Shown here piece after piece: positions 38,615-47,874 of a stretch of 64,000 nucleotides of DNA. How positions within the stretch are numbered: the first letter of the stretch is position 1; every line of letters begins with the position of its first letter. Under the pieces are notes generated by a model that saw nothing but the letters and a program-made list of their open reading frames with translations, did no database searches and was not told where the DNA came from. The stretch is from NCBI GenBank assembly GCA_965223295.1, contig CBDCWC010000003.1, positions 832,001-896,000 on the forward strand. Reading direction: 5' to 3'. The position numbers and the translations under genes are program-made. This stretch comes from Nitrospirales bacterium (GTDB lineage: Bacteria; Nitrospirota; Nitrospiria; Nitrospirales; UBA8639).

Positions 38615-40279
38615 CAGGCTGTGTAAAAACTTATCTCCCCCTCCCATTGCCACGCGCTAGGAGGCGCGTCAGCCCATCTCCTCTTGAGTGGTGCGTTGAG
38701 ACGAGCGTTTTTGCTTTGTGCCACTACGAGCCACCTGATGCATTACCCGTGGCCCTCATGTGCCAATTTTTGTGTGATAGGAGGGTGGCTCTCACATCTG
38801 GAATGCCTGAAGGAGCGGGGTCACACCGAATATCGCCAGCACCCGTTTGAAGTTGTACGCCAAGACATGCAAGCTCATCTCGGTGCGCACCTGCTTGAGG
38901 GTTTTGGTTTGAAAGTGGGTATATCCTATCCACGCTTTTAAGGTGCCAAATGGATGCTCGACCGTTTGTCGTCGCGTGCGCATCCGCTCCGGTTCTCGAT
39001 CCAGGCGGGCTTCTGGGGCTTCCAGTACGGCTTCATGTTCCCAGCGTGTTATTCGCCGGTACTGACTGGTCGTGCATTGCGACTTGATAGGGCAGGTCGG
39101 ACAGTGGGATGACCAGTATTTGTGGAGCGTTAAGCCTTTCTCCTCTGTCTCGAATCGCCAGACCAAGCGTTTACCAGCCGGGCATGCATATTCATTTTCG
39201 TCTGCGTGGTACATGAAGTCGCGTTTGCTGAACAAGCCTTTTTTGGTGCTTCCCGATGTTTGAGGTTTGGGGAGATACGTCGTGATCTGGGACTGCTCAC
39301 AGGCCAGGAGTTCTTCACTGGTGAGGTATCCTCGATCAGCGACCACCTCAAGCGTTTCCGCTCCGATGGCCTCCTTCGCGTGTTGTGCCATGGGGTGCAA
39401 CTGGTGACGATCGCTGCCGGCATTGGTCACCTCATGCGCCACAATCATATGGTGCTCCACATCCACGGCCGTTTGGACGTTATACCCGACGATGCCGGTG
39501 CCCCGCGCTTTCATTGATCGAGCATCCGGGTCCGTTAATGAAATCTGTTGATCTGGCGCGTGATGTAGCTGGACTTCGAGTTTCTTGAGGCGGGCCATTT
39601 CTGTCTTCAGGGCCGTGATCTTGTCCTCGAGCCGTTGAGTCTTTTCATTGGCCACAGTCGCTTCTTGGCGATCCGCACTGGCGATCTGGCTCAGATACCG
39701 GGCAATGCTTTCATCAATCTGTTGCAACCGACATTTCATCTTGGCGGCGGTGAAGTTCTTGTCTCGGTTATTGACGGCCTTGAACTTACTGCCGTCAATG
39801 GCGACGAAGACGTCGGCAAACAGATTGAGCTTCTTGCACAGCAGAATGAACTCGCGACAGACCAAGCGGATGGCGGCGCCATTGTTCTTACGAAAATCAG
39901 CGATGGTCCTAAAGTCTGGGGCTAAGCGGCCAGTGAGCCACATGAGCTCCACGTTGCGGTGGGCTTCGCGTTCCAGGCAACGACTGGACTGCACTCGGTT
40001 GAGATACCCGTAGACATAGAGCTTGAGCAGGGTCCTTGGATGGTAGCCTGGGCGACCCGTGTCTTTCGAATGGGTTTCGAAGCCCAGCCCGGAGAGATCG
40101 AGGTCGTCAATGAAGACATCGATCACTCGAACGGCGTTGTCTTCAGCAATGTACTCATCCAATCGTTCGGGAAACAAGGTCGCTTGATGCCGATCGGTCC
40201 CTTGAACAAATCCGCTCATTCATGACACCTCCGTAGGAAAACCCTATTATACTCTCCCACCGAGTTTTCACACAGTCTG
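38615..40279 (-). mobile_element. IS1182-family insertion sequence
   Basis: TIRs CAGGCTGTGTAAAAACT / CAGACTGTGTGAAAACT (15/17); GGCC on both flanks; single transposase gene. Confidence 0.92.
38792..40219 (-). CDS. IS1182-family transposase
   Basis: GRPGYHP, SSRCLERE, PDFRTIADFR, IDGSKF, TDPDARSM, GYNVQ, ADRGY, VEHPFGTLK. Confidence 0.93.
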   Translation of the reverse strand: MSGFVQGTDRHQATLFPERLDEYIAEDNAVRVIDVFIDDLDLSGLGFETHSKDTGRPGYHPRTLLKLYVYGYLNRVQSSRCLEREAHRNVELMWLTGRLAPDFRTIADFRKNNGAAIRLVCREFILLCKKLNLFADVFVAIDGSKFKAVNNRDKNFTAAKMKCRLQQIDESIARYLSQIASADRQEATVANEKTQRLEDKITALKTEMARLKKLEVQLHHAPDQQISLTDPDARSMKARGTGIVGYNVQTAVDVEHHMIVAHEVTNAGSDRHQLHPMAQHAKEAIGAETLEVVADRGYLTSEELLACEQSQITTYLPKPQTSGSTKKGLFSKRDFMYHADENEYACPAGKRLVWRFETEEKGLTLHKYWSSHCPTCPIKSQCTTSQYRRITRWEHEAVLEAPEARLDREPERMRTRRQTVEHPFGTLKAWIGYTHFQTKTLKQVRTEMSLHVLAYNFKRVLAIFGVTPLLQAFQM

Positions 40280-40347
40280 GGCCAATAGCGGACATGTTAA
40301 TTTGTGCTTCTTACTGACACTGTCGGTATGGGGGAATTAGTTGTGGC

Positions 40348-41348
40348 TCATTCTGCCCTTGTGCTGGAATGTAGGAGTGGCTTGGAAGATCGATATTCAT
40401 AAGGGGCTTTCCCTGTGTGTCGTCGAATGAGTTGACGAAGTGCCGCTGGATGTGAATAACCAACCTGATTGGAGATTATTTCAAAGTTAAGATTGGTTGT
40501 CTGAAGAAGTTGGATTGCACGTTCCACGCGAATACGTTGGATAAACTTATTGCAAGATATTCCAGTTGCCTCAATCATGCGCCGAGCCAACGTTCTTGGA
40601 CTCACACCAACTCCCCTCGCTATTTGAGCTACCGTTATTGGCTGTTCTACATGCTGTCTTATCCAAATTTCTGCTCTTCGCGTCTCGTCGTTACTTCTGG
40701 CCAAAAAATGAGAAACCCCAAAGCGTGCTTGAGAGTTTCGCCCGTCAAGAAGCAAGAACTTTGCGACCGCATCACTTAGGTTGGGGCCAGATAAAAGTCC
40801 TAATAACGTTAGAGCCAAGTCCATATGGGCCATGGCCGCGCCCCCACAAATAAGCGAGTCTTCCTGTGTCACCATGGTCTCAAGCTGGAGTCGAACATTG
40901 GGGTATTGATCTCGAAAATCTTTTGCCAACCACCAAGACGTGGTTGCTAAGCGATGATCTAGAAGACCAGTTTCGGCCAGAATAAATGTAGAAGTGCAGG
41001 AGGCAGCAATGCTGCTCCCGTTTTCATATTGGTGCAGTAGCCACCTAATAGCAGCGCGCGTATTTTTTCCCCAAGAGAAGCATTCATCGATTGCCCATCA
41101 AATAACTCCAAGCCCGGTATAACAATAACGTCTGCGAGCAATCCGTCCTGAATCGTTATGTCTGCTAAAATCTGTTGGCCACTACCAGTCGTAATGCGTT
41201 TTTTCCCAACACAAATTATTTGTAGAGTAAATGGCAAAAACCCGGAGTCTCCTTTAGCCATTTGGGCACCCATGCGAAGAACATCATGGGTTAAGGAAAA
41301 AGCCGAATCGAACACTTGATCTAAGACTAAAATCCCAACAGTTTTCAC
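40348..41348 (-). pseudogene. GlxA-family (DJ-1 + AraC) regulator, frameshifted near 41065
   Basis: After the GGGGAAAAAA run another frame reads AAIRWLLHQYENGSSIAASCTSTFILAETGLLDHRLATTSWWLA and continues into the AraC HTH ORF. Confidence 0.85.
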
Positions 41349-41607
41349 AAAAAACAAACTACCTAACCTCATGGGAAATAACAATAACTCCTCGAGACTT
41401 TACGGTGCGTTTACTCCAATATTTTGGCTAATTGACAATATTAATCGGATTTTGTCCATTTTGAATTCTTGCAAAAGGAGCCTCGTTTTCTAATAATAAT
41501 TTCAAGAGGTTTACGTAAGATTGGCAACAGAAATTCTGTTCTACCCATGAACATATTTGAAAGAAATTTTAATCGTCTTAGCCATTTTATTTGTCCTGCC
41601 ATTTTGA

Positions 41608-41955
41608 ATGTTTGAAATAAATAAATTCGTTTACAAAGACCTCTCAATTGAACTGTCTCTGATCGGACGTCTTGATCGGAATGCTAAACAAGATTTTCAA
41701 AAGGAGATACAAAAATCTCAATGCATGAGACCCCAGAAAATTTATATCAACCTTGTCGAAGTTTCTTCCATTGATTGCGTGGGCGTGGGTATGTTGGCAT
41801 CAGCGCACACTAGCTCAAGGCAACTTCAGATTGCCATTGTACTTATCGTGACTAAGGGACATGTTCTGCAAACCCTAGAGATAGCTGGAATTAAGAGAAT
41901 ATTGCCTGTGATTTACGGCGATCATCACAATAACTTCCCCTTGAACCTACTTTGA
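41608..41955 (+). CDS. STAS-domain protein (anti-sigma antagonist-like)
   Basis: LIGRLD, INLVEVSSIDCVGVGML, LEIAGI; Cys sits at the usual phospho-Ser position. Confidence 0.75.
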   Translation: MFEINKFVYKDLSIELSLIGRLDRNAKQDFQKEIQKSQCMRPQKIYINLVEVSSIDCVGVGMLASAHTSSRQLQIAIVLIVTKGHVLQTLEIAGIKRILPVIYGDHHNNFPLNLL

Positions 41956-42133
41956 ATTTTTATCTTAATCCTCTCTCTTTCATATGAACTCAACGAATGG
42001 ACTATCGTTTTGGGACGTATGTCTTTTGAATTTTCTGACCGCATAGATAGCGAATTATGTAATCCCTGTTGATCAATAAATGGCCAATTCGATGGGATTT
42101 GAGCCATGTGTTGGCTTTTTACGGAAACTTTTG

Positions 42134-42304
42134 ATGACTGAAGAGGATGCTGTGAAGTTAAGAGAAAAATGGAAAAAGATCTATAAGGGCAGGACGTGTC
42201 AACATAGGCAATTGGTAAATAGTTTAAAATCAAATGAAGGAAAATCGCTAGATGTTTGGATTTGTATGGAATGTGGAAAAATTCTAGAAAACTCTCAATC
42301 ATGA
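42134..42304 (+). CDS. Small putative Zn-binding protein
   Basis: MTEEDAVKLREKWK...CQH...CMECG. Confidence 0.55.
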   Translation: MTEEDAVKLREKWKKIYKGRTCQHRQLVNSLKSNEGKSLDVWICMECGKILENSQS

Positions 42305-42380
42305 ATTTCAGTGATCATAGTCAAAAGCTAAGACGGAGGAATTTGGTGAATAAACTAATTAAGCTGGATCAAGCTTTCCT

Positions 42381-42408
42381 AATGTCCACTGTGGGTCGAG
42401 AGCCGGCC
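42381..42408 (+). repeat. Island junction palindrome D
   Basis: AATGTCCACT-GTGGGTCGAG-AGCCGGCC. Confidence 0.6.
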
Positions 42409-42611
42409 AAAAGCGAGCACAATAGAATGAACTGTTGAGCGTTTTAAAAGACCTGTTAGATTACTTATTGGGAGTACCATGTAACCGAATCCCATATTCG
42501 GTTACATTTTATACAAAAAGAACGAGCCTCTTATCCGTGTCGTACAAAAGGCCCGGTTCCAAGAAAATAGTTTAGTGTGTGGGTTGATTCTCTGTCGCCC
42601 TGATGCTCCGG

Positions 42612-43070
42612 TTATTTTTCTACTAAATGGAGATTCTCGATAATTCCCCCATCAAACCGAATAAACTGGTCTTTGGAGCCAAACCTAAAGATGCCGGAGG
42701 AATACATCACGTTATTCGTAAAATTGAAAATTAAGGTGGTATAGTCAGGATGTGACTCTTCTAACCAACTGACCATATACAGCCTTTCACCAATTTTTCG
42801 AGATTGATAGGGCAGATCTTGATTCTTATGCCCTGTTCTTGGTCCCACAATCCATTCATATTTCAGCATTCCATCATAGAGCTCTAGATGAATTCCTCCC
42901 CCATTTTGATAATAATAGTTCATGGAGGTCCCATCTAATAAATGTTCGGCTTGCCTTGCCTCCGCCTCTTGCCTGGCTTCTGCTAACGACGTATCTCCTG
43001 GTGTTTCCTCCGCGAACACGTGACTCGTACATGCAAATGTAATCAAACTGGCGACAATTATTGTTTTCAT
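42612..43070 (-). CDS. Secreted MoaF/phenolic-acid-decarboxylase-like beta-barrel protein
   Basis: GGAG RBS, signal peptide, YYYQNG...GP...LYMVSWLE...TLIFNF. Confidence 0.7.
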   Translation of the reverse strand: MKTIIVASLITFACTSHVFAEETPGDTSLAEARQEAEARQAEHLLDGTSMNYYYQNGGGIHLELYDGMLKYEWIVGPRTGHKNQDLPYQSRKIGERLYMVSWLEESHPDYTTLIFNFTNNVMYSSGIFRFGSKDQFIRFDGGIIENLHLVEK

Positions 43071-43282
43071 ACGACACTCCTAGTTGGGCTTGTAGTGAAT
43101 GCAGGAAAAACGGTCTCTCTAAATATTGTAACCTTGGGCAGAAGGCCCGAGTTCTTTGCGGCTAAGCGACGCTCTGAATCATGCATCCGCCGCAAGCCCC
43201 CAACGTTGTCTCAGGAAAAAATCTCTGGATTGCGGATAAATAGTTTACATGATGTGGGATGTAGTAACGCACTGTCGTGAAA

Positions 43283-44059
43283 TCAGAATTTTCCACTGTT
43301 GTTCCAAGTCTCTTTTGGACCGATTTTCTCCTGCACGTCCCAGTGCTCAACAAACCTGCCGTCTTTCAACCGAAAGATATCAAAGAAGGCCCAGTCTTCA
43401 GCACTTACTAGCGTATGGCTCAAGGCCACCACAAAATTGCCCTGGCCGATCAAGTGGTGGACTTTGAGGTATCTCGCACCCTTGTCGCGAACCTCTTGTA
43501 GATGCTTATTAATCCCCTCCAGCCCATCCCCAATTTCGGGGTTGTGTTGGTGGCATTGTTCGCTAGAGATGTAATCCGTCACCTTGTCAAACTTGCCACC
43601 CATCAGCACGTCATCGAAAAAGGCCCGGACGATCGCCTTGTTCCCATCGGTCTTATCGAGGTCTTCAACCTCGGTCGGCCCATCAACCATCGTGCGGCCT
43701 GAAACTGTCTCCTCAACGTAAGGTGCGAGCACATCCCAATGTTCGATCATCCGGTCTTCATCATCAGTATCAAACAGATCGGCGGTGACCCATTTGGTTT
43801 CGCCCTTATTCAAGCTCTGATAGACATGGACGAAAACTTTTCGGCCATCTTCGATGGCACGGACCACCTGAATGTCACGCACGGGGTTGCGCGCGAGAAA
43901 TGGTCGAAAGAATTCCATGAACCCTGCCTTCCCATCAGCGACACCTGTGGAATGTTGGGTGTAGCGGTCGCCTATGTATTTCTCAAGCGCCTCGCGCAGG
44001 TTCCCGTCTCGAATGCCTTCGAGGTACAGGCCGATCGCGTGTTCCTTTTTGCGACTCAT
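43283..44059 (-). CDS. Tandem SnoaL-like (NTF2-fold) protein
   Basis: Two repeats: YTQHS...DG...IEHWDV and HQHNP...DG...VEHWDV. Confidence 0.88.
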   Translation of the reverse strand: MSRKKEHAIGLYLEGIRDGNLREALEKYIGDRYTQHSTGVADGKAGFMEFFRPFLARNPVRDIQVVRAIEDGRKVFVHVYQSLNKGETKWVTADLFDTDDEDRMIEHWDVLAPYVEETVSGRTMVDGPTEVEDLDKTDGNKAIVRAFFDDVLMGGKFDKVTDYISSEQCHQHNPEIGDGLEGINKHLQEVRDKGARYLKVHHLIGQGNFVVALSHTLVSAEDWAFFDIFRLKDGRFVEHWDVQEKIGPKETWNNSGKF

Positions 44060-44134
44060 TGGGTCTCCCTCCTCTCCTTCGTCTGCTAGGTGAACAAGTT
44101 GGGATCTCTCACTCGCAGTGCTAAGATAAAAGGC

Positions 44135-44551
44135 ATGAAAACCAATAGCAATGATAGTTCCGGATCCGGCATTACTCCTTTGGAAATCATTGAGTACGGC
44201 GCTGAATTAACCCGCAGGTTTTCAGAGAAGTATGGCGGACAAACGACCATCAACCAGTTACGAGTCATTCACTCGGTCTTGACCTGCCTTTATCGGAACG
44301 GCCCTGACTACTCGTGTACCGTGAAGTGGATACATGAGGACACCGGCATACCTTTGAGCACCATAAGCCGTGCCCTGGCTGGTCTTGTCGAGACAGGTAG
44401 GATAGCCGAAGAGTCGAATCCAGATGATGGCCGTAGCCGGCTCATAAGACTCGGCCCAAAGTCGAAAAGGACTCCTGCGGACCTCAGATTTCTCGGTGAG
44501 TGGATACTAGATCGGCAGAAAAATATCCCGCCGACAAAACGGCCACCCTAA
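44135..44551 (+). CDS. MarR-like winged-helix regulator
   Basis: TGIPLSTISRALAGL...NPDDGRSRLIRL. Confidence 0.75.
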   Translation: MKTNSNDSSGSGITPLEIIEYGAELTRRFSEKYGGQTTINQLRVIHSVLTCLYRNGPDYSCTVKWIHEDTGIPLSTISRALAGLVETGRIAEESNPDDGRSRLIRLGPKSKRTPADLRFLGEWILDRQKNIPPTKRPP

Positions 44552-44568
44552 CCTGATAGTCGAGGTGG

Positions 44569-44592
44569 GCGACGGCTCTGGATCGCAACCTA
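44569..44592 (+). repeat. Island junction palindrome F (degenerate)
   Basis: GCGACGGCT-CTGGATCGC-AACCTA between convergent genes. Confidence 0.4.
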
Positions 44593-44607
44593 CTGAAATC
44601 GGAGTCT

Positions 44608-45135
44608 TCACGGAATCCACAACGTCGGTTGAAGCCACTGTCGGGGCACAGATAGTCTTCCTGCACACGGCGTGATACTTTTTCCCAAATTTTGTGACTG
44701 CCATGCGCCCTCCCATTCAACTGACAAGGGAAATGGCGGCCTCACTAAAGACTCTGGAAGAAACCCGAGACGGCCGTAAAAAGCAGGATCCCCAAGCACA
44801 TAGACCCAATTTACGTCCTTGTCTTCTAGCCGTCGTAAGCCTGCGCGCACGATCGCACTCCCGATACTCTGCCTTTGCCACGCTGGCGCGACAGCGAGTG
44901 GCCCGAGTAGCGCAGCACTGCCATTAGTCCCATCCACGCCACATTTCGTAAAGATCACGTGCCCTATAATCTGCTTGTCAATCGTTCCGACGAGCGATAA
45001 GGCAACGGCTGCCTCGCTCAAAAGATTTCGCACAAGGGGAAGCAGATTTTCATCAGGAAACGCGTTCGGATAAAGTGACTCAATCGCCACCGAATCGCCC
45101 TGTCTGCTTTCACGGATTTCAAGCTTTTCCGACAT
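44608..45135 (-). CDS. GNAT acetyltransferase (YhbS-like)
   Basis: LLGPLAVAPAWQRQSIGSAIV, VLGDPAFYGRLGF. Confidence 0.88.
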   Translation of the reverse strand: MSEKLEIRESRQGDSVAIESLYPNAFPDENLLPLVRNLLSEAAVALSLVGTIDKQIIGHVIFTKCGVDGTNGSAALLGPLAVAPAWQRQSIGSAIVRAGLRRLEDKDVNWVYVLGDPAFYGRLGFLPESLVRPPFPLSVEWEGAWQSQNLGKSITPCAGRLSVPRQWLQPTLWIP

Positions 45136-45183
45136 TGCGGTATCCGAATACCGTCGATTGTTCATGCAGAGCACCAACCGTCA

Positions 45184-45212
45184 TAGGGCACTATGGACCA
45201 ATTATCGTCCTT
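45184..45212 (-). repeat. Island junction palindrome G (inverted)
   Basis: Minus strand AAGGACGATAATTGGTCCATAGTGCCCTA aligns without gaps (17/27) to reconstituted site C. Confidence 0.5.
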
Positions 45213-45215
45213 TGC

Positions 45216-45599
45216 TCACTCGTACTTCGAGACTTCGATTAGATTCAGATCCGGATCTCTAAAATAGAGTGATGTTGTTTTCCCAACCGCTCCGGTTCGT
45301 GCTACAGGCCCATCTATAATTGCGACCCCACATAGCTCAAGATGTTTTTTAGCTTCCTCTATAGGCGTTTTTAAAATAAAACATAGATCAGCACTACCCG
45401 CCCCTACCTTCCCAGCTTTTGGCTCAAATTCTTTGCCAAGTTGATGTACGTTAATTTTCTGATTCCCAAATGATAAGGCTATGCGGCCTTCACCAAATGA
45501 AACTCGCTTCATCCCTAAAACCATTTCGTAAAAAGCTACGGTCTTTTCAATATCAGCAACCGTTAGGACTAAATGATCCAAGCGATCAATTTCTATCAT
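45216..45599 (-). CDS. VOC/glyoxalase family protein (YaeR/GLOD5-like)
   Basis: LDHLVLTV, QKINVH, GSADLC, SLYFRDPDLNLIE. Confidence 0.92.
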   Translation of the reverse strand: MIEIDRLDHLVLTVADIEKTVAFYEMVLGMKRVSFGEGRIALSFGNQKINVHQLGKEFEPKAGKVGAGSADLCFILKTPIEEAKKHLELCGVAIIDGPVARTGAVGKTTSLYFRDPDLNLIEVSKYE

Positions 45600-45683
45600 G
45601 GATAGATCCTCTGAATAATAAAGTTCATATTATGCTTGAGGTCATGAAGATTCGGGAAGACTATCACAAACCAAAACCATCTT

Positions 45684-45713
45684 TAGTCCGCTTTTGGATC
45701 AGGTTGGGACCAT
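45684..45713 (+). repeat. Island junction palindrome H
   Basis: TAGTCCGCTT-TTGGATCAGGTT-GGGACCAT. Confidence 0.55.
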
Positions 45714-45844
45714 CGAAGCCCTAGAATTCATTTCCATTGGCGAACAGATATTCTCGGCGAGTTCGCAGTCATTGAGTTGTGCTAAAAATAATGAGAACAT
45801 GCTTAGAAAGTTCGGCCGTCTATCTTAATAAGGAGTATGGTGAA

Positions 45845-46210
45845 ATGATCAAATTTGTGATGTGTTTGCGCCGGCATCCAGGTATGACTCGTGAGCAGTT
45901 TCAAGATTATTGGACGAACAAACATGGCCCTTTCTTCATGAAAAATGCTGACGCGATGCGAGCAAAAAAATATGTGCAATCTCTTACGATCGATACCCCT
46001 ATAAACGAAGGATTGAGAAATTCTAGAGGCATGTTGCCAGAATATGATGGTGTCGCAGAGGTGTGGTTTGAATCAGAAAACGATCTCATGGAGGCAATGA
46101 GTTCACCGGAGGGGCAAAAACTAGGTGCCGCACTACTAGAAGATGAGGGGAATTTTATTGATCACACTCAATCTTCGGCATTCATTGTTAAGGAGCATGA
46201 ACTTAAGTAG
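45845..46210 (+). CDS. EthD-domain protein
   Basis: AAGGAG RBS; RRHPGMTREQFQDYW...H, YDGVAEVWF, DEGNFID. Confidence 0.88.
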   Translation: MIKFVMCLRRHPGMTREQFQDYWTNKHGPFFMKNADAMRAKKYVQSLTIDTPINEGLRNSRGMLPEYDGVAEVWFESENDLMEAMSSPEGQKLGAALLEDEGNFIDHTQSSAFIVKEHELK

Positions 46211-46349
46211 TTGAAGACGGTTCCCAAAGTTTCACTATGAGCACTAGTTGCCATGGAATTGAGCGTCTAGTGGGACGTTAGCAGAAGAATAGGCCAGGCC
46301 GTAGATCCTCACTTTTCTCTCCCTCTAAATTGCTACTAGGAGCTACCCC

Positions 46350-46580
46350 GCCCCCCAGCAGCATTATCTCTAGATTTCCATGCTCACGTACATAGGGTAG
46401 GCCCCGCGGATAAAACTGTCTGTGGCCTTACTGGACCTGGCTTCGCCGAAGCGGCTTCGCGCAGGCGAGCCGACCCTTCAATCAACTCAGGGCAGGCTTT
46501 TTCGAACTGACCTGCTACTTCTGACTGCAACTCCCTTCCTGGCCCAATATGTCCTCCTTAACCTCTGATTCAACAACTCC
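46350..46580 (+). mobile_element. Degenerate MITE copy with an internal ~60-bp REP-like insertion
   Basis: TGCTCACGTAC...TGTGGCCTTACTGGAC[insert]CTTTTTCGAAC...CTTCCTGGCCCAATATG...ATTCAACAACTCC aligns to copy 1; left end is decayed. Confidence 0.6.
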
Positions 46581-46590
46581 ATTATGCATA

Positions 46591-46626
46591 TTGACAGCAT
46601 ACTGTCTTTATGACATATTACTTTCA
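46591..46626 (+). promoter_or_regulatory. Promoter with overlapping MarR operator
   Basis: TTGACA-17 bp-CATATT overlapped by the inverted repeat GACAG-CATA-CTGTC. Confidence 0.65.
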
Positions 46627-46628
46627 TA

Positions 46629-47111
46629 ATGGCACAGACCAAAGGAGTACATTTCGGACGACACCATACACCGGGCGGAGCAGCCTTTACCGAACTTCTC
46701 CTCGAAACCTTCAAACTGAATGGATTACTACTCCTCGAAGGTGATCGCCTGGTTCATCATCTGAATTTGACGAGTGCGCGGTGGCAAGTGATGGGAGCCA
46801 TTGATCTGGCACTGGTTCCGCTGACAGTGGCTCAGATCGCTCGCAACATGGGCTTACAGCGCCAAAGTGTTCAACGGCTTGCCAACGTTCTTGCCTCTGA
46901 AGGGCTTGTTCAGTATGTCGAGAATCCCCATCATCGACGAGCGAAACTTGTGCAACTGACCCAACGTGGCCACACAACCTTGAACAAGGTCAAACAGATA
47001 CAAGTCGAATGGGCAAATCAGATTTCGGCGGGAATACCAAAACGTGACTTGCGGCAAGCCGTAGACGTGCTGCGAACACTCAGCAAGCGGTTGAAAGGAA
47101 AGCGGTCATGA
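46629..47111 (+). CDS. MarR-family regulator
   Basis: LTSARWQVMG, TVAQIARNMGLQRQSVQR, NPHHRRAKLV. Confidence 0.9.
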   Translation: MAQTKGVHFGRHHTPGGAAFTELLLETFKLNGLLLLEGDRLVHHLNLTSARWQVMGAIDLALVPLTVAQIARNMGLQRQSVQRLANVLASEGLVQYVENPHHRRAKLVQLTQRGHTTLNKVKQIQVEWANQISAGIPKRDLRQAVDVLRTLSKRLKGKRS

Positions 47112-47557
47112 AAACTGGAATGATCATTCAACGCGTTCACGCCATCGCGGGTATCCTAGGCTTTCTCACTATTCTGACGTTCTGGATCTCCACAGCATGG
47201 TCAGAATTATTTGGGACTCAAGAAATGATTGCTACCGTCAAGCGCAATATCCTGTGGGGCATGCTGATCCTCGTTCCAGCGATGGCGGCCGTGGGGGGAA
47301 GTGGGTTCCGTCTCATGAGAAAGGAAAATGATCCTCTTATTTCGGCAAAAAAACGTCGCATGATGATCATTGGTCCAAACGGGCTATTCGTACTCCTTCC
47401 CGCAGCCATCTACCTCAATGCCCTAGCCTCTCAGGGCATGTTCGGGACTTCTTTCTACGCAGTACAAACCATCGAGTTGATTGCGGGCGCGGGCAATCTC
47501 ACCTTGATAGGACTCAATATGCGTGACGGTCTTCGAGCGACCGGGCGCCTCAATTAG
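47108..47557 (+). CDS. Four-TM membrane protein, function unknown
   Basis: Four hydrophobic helices; ATGA overlap with marR; LNMRDG C-terminal motif. Confidence 0.8.
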   Translation: MKTGMIIQRVHAIAGILGFLTILTFWISTAWSELFGTQEMIATVKRNILWGMLILVPAMAAVGGSGFRLMRKENDPLISAKKRRMMIIGPNGLFVLLPAAIYLNALASQGMFGTSFYAVQTIELIAGAGNLTLIGLNMRDGLRATGRLN

Positions 47558-47874
47558 GGGTACCAGTATCCTATGCATCTAGCGAGAACATACACATCTC
47601 TCAAACAGAATTGCTATCTACACAGAGGCGCTGGAGCAACTTTGCGGAAATGGATACGGACCTGACAATATTCAATACCAATCAGAGTAAGCCAACTGTC
47701 GAAAATTGAGTTTGAGGCCAGTTGCCTTCCCATGCTGGGCTAGGAGTGCTACTATTTTCTCTCGACTACAAGTCATTGCAACAAGATAAAGAGTGTCTGA
47801 GTATCCTAATTACCCTGATAAGAAAATTCGCTGCTCCATTCCTTTTTCTACCCCTTCGGGAAAACTCAACCAAC

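Noticed and set aside
33900-47730. Classical integron with attC sites
   Set aside because: The recombinase is too short for IntI, I found no RYYYAAC...GTTRRRY sites, and genes lie in both orientations.
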